This document shows, piece after piece, positions 57,623 through 64,000 of a stretch of 64,000 nucleotides of DNA. The DNA comes from Planctomycetota bacterium (GTDB lineage Bacteria; Planctomycetota; UBA1135; UBA2386). The stretch spans positions 3,840,001 to 3,904,000 of the forward strand of contig JBKAGP010000001.1 in the NCBI GenBank assembly GCA_046290465.1, in the 5' to 3' direction. The translations under genes were made by a program, and so were the position numbers. Numbering within the stretch: the first letter of the stretch is position 1; the number at the start of each line of letters is the position of its first letter. Under the pieces are notes generated by a model. The model made no database searches and was not told the DNA's origin. It worked only from the letters and a program-made list of their open reading frames with translations.

Positions 57623-58302
57623 ACGAGCCCAACGAGCCCAACGAGCCCAACCAACGCGAACGTCTGCTGGCGCAGTTGCTTGCGGGCGAGATCCGGATCA
57701 CGGACGGCGACGTGCAGCGTGCGATGCGTGACGACCCGGAGTTCGCCGAAGAGGCAGAAGCACTGCTCGCGCTCGGCGACGAGCTGAGCGTCGGTGCACC
57801 GGTCGAGGTCGGCGAAGAAGAGCCGTGGCCCGGCGCCGATCGCGCGGTCGCCGAACTGGTCACGAAGGAACTCGGCGCCGACGGCGTCGCGCCGCATAGC
57901 AGACCCGCCCGCAGCTGGCCGATGTGGGCGGCGATCGCCGCGACCGCGCTGATCGCCGTGCTGATCTGGAAGCCGTGGAACGGGCAAGACGTCGTCGATC
58001 CCGGCCAGACCCTCGGCCTTGCGAAGGGCGAGATGTGGCCGGACGGGGAGGTGACGTTCGACGAGTTCGCCCGTCGGGGCTTCCAGTGGAACCTCGACGT
58101 CCCGGACGACGTCGCCGTGCAGCTCGAGATCGAGGTCGACGACGAGCCGTTCGGTGAGCCGATCCGGGTGACGGGCGTGCAGCAGTTGGCCGTGCCAGAG
58201 GCGCTGCGGGCGCGCAAACCCACCTCGCTGTTCTGGGTCATCTCCTGGCAACCGGCCGGTAGAGGCGCGACGACATGCTCGAGAGACGTCACGTTCCGTT
58301 AG
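57619..58302 (+). CDS. Putative membrane anti-sigma factor
   Basis: ATGA-coupled to the sigma gene. Acidic helical N-terminus, single TM (WAAIAATALIAVLIW), small beta-rich C-terminal domain. NEP x3 micro-repeat at the start. Confidence 0.7.
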   Translation: MNEPNEPNEPNQRERLLAQLLAGEIRITDGDVQRAMRDDPEFAEEAEALLALGDELSVGAPVEVGEEEPWPGADRAVAELVTKELGADGVAPHSRPARSWPMWAAIAATALIAVLIWKPWNGQDVVDPGQTLGLAKGEMWPDGEVTFDEFARRGFQWNLDVPDDVAVQLEIEVDDEPFGEPIRVTGVQQLAVPEALRARKPTSLFWVISWQPAGRGATTCSRDVTFR

Positions 58303-60569
58303 CAGCGCTGTTCGCAGCCACGATCGCGGCACAGCAGATCCCCGACGGGATCGAAGGCCTCGCGCAGCGCGCCGGCGTCACGCCACGGCCCGACGAGCGG
58401 GAACTCTCGATGTTGACGCACGAGGCTCTGGCCCACGCCAGACGCGGCGTCGCCGCAGCCGATCGCGACGCATTCATGGGCTTGCTGAGCAACCTGACCA
58501 AGGCGCTGCAAGCGCTCGCGCAAGACGGTCGGGGCGAGGCGGCCGCGGCGGAACTGCACACCGCGTATCGGCACGCCGACGCCACCGGGCTGCTCGACCA
58601 GGCGGTGCACTTCCGACGCTTCGCGGAGTCGTCTCAGCTGGTCGGCGACCTCGCGACCATGGACAGGGCGGTGCGCCGCGGTCTGCGGGCCAAGGACGTG
58701 GACCTCTACGAGCAGACGCTGCTGCTGACGCTCGCCACGCGCGTGCAGACGCAGCTCGGCCGCCTCGACATCGCCCAACGCTACCTCACCTTCACCATCC
58801 GCAACGCCGCACGGCTTGCAGCCGAAGCCGGATCGGACCCGAAGGTCGAGCCGGCATATACCGCCGCGGTGCGCAACACGGTCATGACCGCCGCCGACCT
58901 CTACCTGATGTGCGGCGACTACGAGAACACCCAGAAGATCGTCGCCGGTGCCCCGATCGGAACAGAGGGCTTCCGCCTGGGCGACCATCTCGGCGACCGC
59001 GGCTGCCGCCTCTACTCACTCGTCGCACGCATGCTCGACGACGACGAGGAGGCGGCCGAAGAGCTGCTGCGGAGCTGCGTCGACGGCGCGATCAGCGCGC
59101 GGTTCCTGTCCGTCATTGCGCCCAAGCTCGTGCGCAAGGCGATCGCCGATGGCGACCTGCCGTTGGCCGCCGAGCGCTTCCGGACGTTGACCGCGGCGTT
59201 CGATCGCTATCCGGACGTCGCCCGCCTGCGACGGCGCCTCGCGTCCCAGGAGATGGAACTCGCGACGCGCGGGGTGCTGAAGGCCGAACGCGACCTCCGG
59301 GATCGGGCCGACGATGCCTTCGGGCACCTCCTCGACAGCTGGCGCAAGAGCCCGCTGCTGGCCGACGGCGTCGGGCTGCTGCACGTCGACGATCGCGCCA
59401 CCCTGTTCGCCAACTACATCCGGTTCTGCGCCATGACCGAACCCGGCCCCGCCGGGGCGCGGATCGCGTTGCAGAAGGTGCTCGACGCGCACGCGGCGTC
59501 ACGCCACCTGGAGCAGGCGCCGACGGTCGAAGCCGTGCTCGACGAACTGCTCACCGCAGAGCACGGCATGCTCGTGCTGCTGCCGGGACGGATCACGTCG
59601 GTCATGCTGGTCGCCGACAAGAGCGGGGTCACCGTCCTCGAACTCGCCGATGCGGTCGAGCTGCGTCCCGCGGCCGAACGGCTGACGATCCGCGCCAGCC
59701 AGTTCGTCGACACACCGGCCAGCAGCGCCGCCCGATGGCAGCGCAGCGCCAGGAAGCTCAGCGGCCTGCTGCTGCCCGACGACGTGCGCACCAGGATCGC
59801 CGGTTGGCGACGCCTGTCCGTCTGCGGCGCCGGCATGCTGCACAACGCACCGTTCGAGCTGTTGCCGATCGAGGTCGACGGCCGGGTCCGGTTCCTCGGG
59901 GAGCACCTGGCGATCGACTACCTCGCCAACCTGACCCGCGCCATCGAGACGCCGAACCGGCGACCGCCACGCTCGGTGCTGATGGTTGCAAGCCTGCAGA
60001 CCAGCCAGGACGGTGCCAAGCCGGTGCGCATGGATCGTGCTGCACTGCGACCGTCGCTGGCGCACTACGGCGCGCAGGCGTCGCTGCTCGACCGGCAGGT
60101 CGTCGATACCGCGATCCTCGAGCGCCTGCCGAACGCCGGCGTCGTGCACTTGATCGGCCACGGCGCCCACGACCCGAACAGCAGGTTCCAGAACGGCATC
60201 CGCTTCGGCGATGGCGAGGGTGGCGCGCTGTGGGGTGAGAAGATCGTCGACCTCGACCTCTCCGGCCTGGTCGCGATCGTCGGCTCCTGCAAGCTCGGCG
60301 CGACGCCGTTCCGCCGGGGCGGCGAACCGATGGCCGCGTCGCTGGCCGGCGCGCTGCTGCAGGCCGACGCGCGCTGTGTCGTCGTTCCGCTCAGCAACCT
60401 GACGTTCGGCAACCACGTCGCCGCGATGGCCATCGTGCACGAGCAGCTCGGCCGCGGAGCACCGCCGGCCGAGGCGCTGTTGGCGGCCCGCCGATCGCTG
60501 TCGAAGGCGGGGCGCGGCGCGGCCTGGGTGGAGCTGATGCTGATGCAACTCCACGGCCGCGGGTTCTGA
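58275..60569 (+). CDS. CHAT-domain (caspase/HetF-like) protein with helical N-terminal region
   Basis: L...LLP...L....GMLHNAPFELL, VVHLIGHG (His), IVGSC (Cys), LA.ALL.A.AR.VV, PAEAL.AAR. Signal-like N-terminus. Confidence 0.85.
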   Translation: MLERRHVPLAALFAATIAAQQIPDGIEGLAQRAGVTPRPDERELSMLTHEALAHARRGVAAADRDAFMGLLSNLTKALQALAQDGRGEAAAAELHTAYRHADATGLLDQAVHFRRFAESSQLVGDLATMDRAVRRGLRAKDVDLYEQTLLLTLATRVQTQLGRLDIAQRYLTFTIRNAARLAAEAGSDPKVEPAYTAAVRNTVMTAADLYLMCGDYENTQKIVAGAPIGTEGFRLGDHLGDRGCRLYSLVARMLDDDEEAAEELLRSCVDGAISARFLSVIAPKLVRKAIADGDLPLAAERFRTLTAAFDRYPDVARLRRRLASQEMELATRGVLKAERDLRDRADDAFGHLLDSWRKSPLLADGVGLLHVDDRATLFANYIRFCAMTEPGPAGARIALQKVLDAHAASRHLEQAPTVEAVLDELLTAEHGMLVLLPGRITSVMLVADKSGVTVLELADAVELRPAAERLTIRASQFVDTPASSAARWQRSARKLSGLLLPDDVRTRIAGWRRLSVCGAGMLHNAPFELLPIEVDGRVRFLGEHLAIDYLANLTRAIETPNRRPPRSVLMVASLQTSQDGAKPVRMDRAALRPSLAHYGAQASLLDRQVVDTAILERLPNAGVVHLIGHGAHDPNSRFQNGIRFGDGEGGALWGEKIVDLDLSGLVAIVGSCKLGATPFRRGGEPMAASLAGALLQADARCVVVPLSNLTFGNHVAAMAIVHEQLGRGAPPAEALLAARRSLSKAGRGAAWVELMLMQLHGRGF

Positions 60570-62354
60570 TCAGAGCAGGATCGACGGGATCTCCAGCGGT
60601 GCCGCCCCGACGGGATCGGTCTGCTGGCCCGTCAGGTCCTCGGTCGGCTCGTAGCCACCCAGGTATCGGCTCGAGTTGCCACTGTTCTGGTTGGGGTGCA
60701 GGATCGTCTCGAGCCCCGCGACCACCAGCTCGCCCCAGTTGGCAACCACGTTGGAGAACGGCTTGATCAGCCAGAGGCTGCCGTTCGCGTCCATCATGTC
60801 GGCGATCAGCACGCTGGCCAGGACCTCCCCGGGGTGGCGCGTGAAGCGGCCGAGCACCGACTTCGACGCAAAGCCGTCGTTGCCGTTGTCGACCAGCGTG
60901 AACTCGAGCAGGCGACCGACGATCGTGCCGTTCTGCTCCAGCGGCACCGGGATCATCATGTCGAAGGTGCCGCCGCTCGCACCCGTCGGCAGGTCGGCGT
61001 AGTAGGTCGTCACCGACGACGTGTCGACGACGTCGCCCTGCATGCCGTACTGGTAGCAGCGGACCTCCATCTGGTCGTTGAGGCCCGTCGGCAGGTCGAA
61101 GCGAACGATCAACGCCGCGTGGTTCTGCGGAAACTGCCACGAGGTCAGGTAGGCGGGGTCGGTGACCAGGCCGCGAATCTCCGGCGAGGACAGCGTCGGC
61201 ACCGGCGCCTTCGCAAACAGCTGACCCGTGTGGTCGTGCATCTGCTCCGCGAAGTCCGCCACCACCACCAGCTGCTCCGAGCCGTCGGCCTGCAGCACCA
61301 GGTCGAGTTCGCCGTCGCGATCGATGTCGTCGAGGACCGACGCCGTGTGCGACGGCGTCGCCGACGGGTCGTGCTTGCGCAGGTAATAGCCGTTCTGCCA
61401 GGTCGGGCCGTTGGCCGTGCCGATCATGACGCGCTCGAGGTGGTCCGTGCACGAGACCACGACATCGCTGTAGGCGTCGTCGGTCAGCTGCGCCGCGACG
61501 ATGCCGTTGGGGATGCTCGGCAGCAGGAACGTCGGCGAGTCCCACGTGGTGGTCGAACCCGCCTGCCAGGTCCGCGCGAACCACTGCCCGCTGCCGGTCG
61601 GGATCACCGCGGTCACCCCCGGCGTGCCGCCCTGGTCGATCGCGCACAGCGAGCCGCGGCCGAACACCGGGAAGGCCTGCGACGCGAGCGCGTTGCCGAG
61701 GAAGTCGAGCACGAAGATGCCGGCAGAGCTCAGCACGACGATCTCAGGCATGCCGCCGGCGACCCAGTCGACCGTCGCGACGTCCCAGACGGTGGTGTTG
61801 GCCGGCGTCGGGATGCGCGGGCCGGGCACGATCGTGTCGTCGGCCATGTGCACGCCGCCCTGCACCCAGGAATCGGTGAACGCGACGAAGTGGTTCTCCG
61901 GGCCGCCCGCCGTGTGGTGCACACCCGAACGGATCTGGACCGCGCCGGCGTAGGCCGCCTCGCCCCCCGCCACCGACACGAACTGGCCGTTGTCGTAGCG
62001 CCAGAGGTCGACGCCGCCCGCCACCACCGCGGCCACCCGGTCGCTGGCCGTGCCGTCGTGGTTGGGCAGCGGGGCCAGCTGCCGCGCGCTCGGCAGCGCC
62101 GTCGCCGCCAGCGCGGCCGGCGTCCCGACCGCGGCGAAGTGGTCGAACTGCAGCGGCTGGAACGACAGGTAGGCCTGGCCTGCGCGCATCAGCAGCACCG
62201 AGCGCCCGACGTGGTCGGGCACGTGCTGGCCAGCCACGAGCGAGGCGCTCACCCCGGTCATCGAGGCGGGCCAGTCACGTTCGGTGCGGTAGAACTGGAG
62301 CTCCTGGGAGACCAGAGGAGCAGCGAGGATCAGGGGCAGCAGGAGCTTCATCAT
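60570..62354 (-). CDS. Secreted protein with degenerate FG-GAP/VCBS-like repeats
   Basis: Signal peptide MKLLLPLILAAPLVSQ. DWVAGGMPEIVV, QLTDDAYSDVVV, DIDRDGELDLVL. Confidence 0.75.
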   Translation of the reverse strand: MMKLLLPLILAAPLVSQELQFYRTERDWPASMTGVSASLVAGQHVPDHVGRSVLLMRAGQAYLSFQPLQFDHFAAVGTPAALAATALPSARQLAPLPNHDGTASDRVAAVVAGGVDLWRYDNGQFVSVAGGEAAYAGAVQIRSGVHHTAGGPENHFVAFTDSWVQGGVHMADDTIVPGPRIPTPANTTVWDVATVDWVAGGMPEIVVLSSAGIFVLDFLGNALASQAFPVFGRGSLCAIDQGGTPGVTAVIPTGSGQWFARTWQAGSTTTWDSPTFLLPSIPNGIVAAQLTDDAYSDVVVSCTDHLERVMIGTANGPTWQNGYYLRKHDPSATPSHTASVLDDIDRDGELDLVLQADGSEQLVVVADFAEQMHDHTGQLFAKAPVPTLSSPEIRGLVTDPAYLTSWQFPQNHAALIVRFDLPTGLNDQMEVRCYQYGMQGDVVDTSSVTTYYADLPTGASGGTFDMMIPVPLEQNGTIVGRLLEFTLVDNGNDGFASKSVLGRFTRHPGEVLASVLIADMMDANGSLWLIKPFSNVVANWGELVVAGLETILHPNQNSGNSSRYLGGYEPTEDLTGQQTDPVGAAPLEIPSILL

Positions 62355-62461
62355 CAGCAGGGTCAGCGAGTTGGGAGGACCGTAGCCGGGCGGGCCGCCC
62401 GACCAAGTGCCGTCCTGCCCGCAGCGTCACTGGGTGTGCCAGCTTTTGGCAAGCCGCGCGA

Positions 62462-62848
62462 TCAGCCGACTGCGTCCCGCACCACCGCCGTGTCGGTGAA
62501 CTGTCGGAAGCGCTTCACCCGGCCGTCGACGACGTCGAACAGGTGCACCGTCGCCGCGCGGAACGACCGACCGGACTCGCGGTGCGTGCCGCGGTAGCTG
62601 CCGACCACGGTCACGTGGGTGCCGGCCTCCAGCATCTCGTCGTCGTCGAAGCCGAAGCCGTCCCAGTGCCGGGCCAGCGTCTCGAACACCCCGGTGACGA
62701 CGTTGGCCGGCCCGACGTGGCGGCCGCCGTAGGGGAAGCCGTCGTTCTGGATCCACTCCAGGTCGTCGTGGCACAGCTCGGCGAAGCGGGCGTGGTCGCC
62801 GGAGCGGAACGACGCGTAGAGCGCCTCGATCAGTTCGATGTTGTTCAT
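62462..62848 (-). CDS. SnoaL-like / NTF2-family protein
   Basis: NIELIEALYASF..GD...L.DDLEW....GFPYGGRH.G...V...VF...W, V.V.G.Y.G, H.F.V.DG.V.RF.QF.DT. Confidence 0.9.
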   Translation of the reverse strand: MNNIELIEALYASFRSGDHARFAELCHDDLEWIQNDGFPYGGRHVGPANVVTGVFETLARHWDGFGFDDDEMLEAGTHVTVVGSYRGTHRESGRSFRAATVHLFDVVDGRVKRFRQFTDTAVVRDAVG

Positions 62849-62905
62849 GGTCGGAGCGCCTGGCGCGGCGGACGAACGGGTCATGTCGGTTGCTTTCGGG
62901 AAATG

Positions 62906-62924
62906 GAGACGACCGGTCGTATTG
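62906..62924. promoter_or_regulatory. Putative TetR operator, copy 1 (upstream of the SnoaL-like gene)
   Basis: GAGACGACCGGTCGTATTG with perfect palindromic core ACGACCGGTCGT. An identical inverted copy lies at 63596-63614. Confidence 0.75.
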
Positions 62925-62990
62925 GAACCGGCCGCACAGGAATTGGATGACCAAGGAGATGGCCAGGAGGGAGATAGGCAGGAAGGCGGG

Positions 62991-63587
62991 TCAGGCGCCG
63001 GCGGCGAGGTAGCCGCCCAACACGTGCCGCAGACAGGCGGCCAGCGGCTCGAGCGAGCGTTCGATCTTCATCCGGATCACGGCGCCCTCCCACGCGTCGA
63101 CGAGCACGCGGGCCAGCTCGACCGCGGCGACGTCCCCGCGAATCAGGCCCTGGCGCTGGGCCGCGGCTACGGCTTCGCAGATGCCGCCGAGGTAGCGGCC
63201 GAACGCCTCGGCCAGCGCCTCGCGCAGGCGCGGCGAGGCTTCGAGTTCGCCACCGAGGTTGGCGACCAGGCAGCCACCGACGAAGCCAGACCGCTCGAAC
63301 TGCGCCATCTCGCCCTCGAAGAACGCGCGCAGCCCGGCCACCGGATCTGCGGCGGCGGCGAGCGCGTCGGCCAGCTTGGCGCCCATGCCGTCGGCGTAGA
63401 ACGAGATGGTCGCCACCCCGAACGCGTCCTTGCTGTCGAAGTAGTTGTAGAACGAGCCCTTGGGGATGCCGACGTCGTCGAGCACGGCCTTCAGGCCGGT
63501 GCCGTGGTAGCCGTTCTCGAGGAACAGGCGGATGCCGGCCTCGAGCAGCCGGCGGCGGGTGTCGATCTTGTCGGCTCGCGCGGCCAT
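62991..63587 (-). CDS. TetR/AcrR family regulator (NemR-like)
   Basis: LLEAGIRLFLENGYHGTGLKAVL..VGIPKGSFYNYFDSK, GCLVANLGGEL, WEGA.IRMK. Confidence 0.93.
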   Translation of the reverse strand: MAARADKIDTRRRLLEAGIRLFLENGYHGTGLKAVLDDVGIPKGSFYNYFDSKDAFGVATISFYADGMGAKLADALAAAADPVAGLRAFFEGEMAQFERSGFVGGCLVANLGGELEASPRLREALAEAFGRYLGGICEAVAAAQRQGLIRGDVAAVELARVLVDAWEGAVIRMKIERSLEPLAACLRHVLGGYLAAGA

Positions 63588-63595
63588 CGCGGCGA

Positions 63596-63614
63596 CAATA
63601 CGACCGGTCGTCTC
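63596..63614. promoter_or_regulatory. Putative TetR operator, copy 2 (overlaps the tetR -10 box)
   Basis: CAATACGACCGGTCGTCTC is the reverse complement of 62906-62924. It overlaps TATTGT (- strand, 63595-63600), 7 nt before the tetR ATG. Confidence 0.75.
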
Positions 63615-63654
63615 GATTCACAAGGGGGCGCTGGCCCGACCTCCAGGCAGCCCG

Positions 63655-64000
63655 CTACTCCGGCACCGCGTGCAGCGTGTACCACGCGTCCCGGTTGGCC
63701 AGCGCCGCGCCGTCCGCTCCGGGCACGTCGACCGTCAGGTGGTAGACGTAGCCGAGCTCGAGCGGCAGCTGCAGGCGCGCAGTCCGCCCGCCCTCGGCGA
63801 GCGCCACCGACGCCACCGCGACCTCGCCGTTGTCGAGCTTGGGCGAGCCGTAGCCGGGATGGTGCCGGTAGCGCCAGCGCTCGACGCGGTAGCGCTGCGG
63901 CTCGACCGCACGCGCCGCGTCGGCCGGCCGCGTGAAGTGCACGTCGAAGCCACCCGCGGTGACCCCGACCCGCAGCAGCTCGAACGGCACCGTGGTGCCG
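63655..64000 (-). CDS. C-terminal fragment of a gene running off the window (probably a large secreted protein)
   Basis: Open frame to the window edge: PFE......GF...FT.P......Y....W.Y.....YGSP...LELGYVY....AWYTL..VP. Confidence 0.7.
   Translation of the reverse strand, partial: GTTVPFELLRVGVTAGGFDVHFTRPADAARAVEPQRYRVERWRYRHHPGYGSPKLDNGEVAVASVALAEGGRTARLQLPLELGYVYHLTVDVPGADGAALANRDAWYTLHAVPE

Noticed and set aside
57047..60569. Type III-E CRISPR (Craspase) locus
   Set aside because: No Cas7-11/gRAMP, Csx30/31 or CRISPR array is visible. Only the sigma + CHAT logic is analogous.
1..64000. tRNA, rRNA, IS or prophage genes
   Set aside because: None recognised by eye. Intergenic gaps are short and no transposase, integrase or phage structural motifs were seen. 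tRNAscan/Infernal were not run.

Overview
Gene-dense, very GC-rich bacterial window. It is most likely from a Planctomycetota genome, probably an uncultured lineage; this is inferred from the DUF1592/DUF1552 pairs, planctomycete-type cytochrome c, the ECF sigma/Ser-Thr kinase pair, sulfatases and an ELWxxDGT protein. About 53 CDS can be supported. Housekeeping and transport genes include an RlmN/Cfr-family methyltransferase, MarR-DoxX, a Phn-type ABC transporter with a porin, biotin carboxylase plus carrier, BolA, a GT4 glycosyltransferase, OprB-MgtE, a GNAT-nitrilase fusion and Sua5. There are many secreted proteins and two ECF-sigma modules (48.4-53.1 kb and 57.0-62.4 kb). No rRNA, tRNA, CRISPR array, transposase or phage genes were recognised. 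The most notable signals are: (1) a shared ~125-aa C-terminal domain on unrelated secreted proteins, a candidate sorting or anchoring domain; (2) an ECF sigma / membrane anti-sigma / apparently secreted CHAT protease operon facing a secreted FG-GAP-like protein; (3) an ECF sigma / kinase-FGE (frameshifted at a CG run) / two-orphan operon; (4) an orphan Pycsar-type membrane effector; (5) pervasive TANNNT boxes 6-8 nt before start codons, a leaderless-mRNA signature; (6) a 40-bp hairpin tandem array invading a gene end, and a 90-bp GTAG...CTAC REPIN-like hairpin; (7) paired operator sites readable for both the MarR and the TetR regulators. All family calls come from motif recognition by eye, not from database searches.
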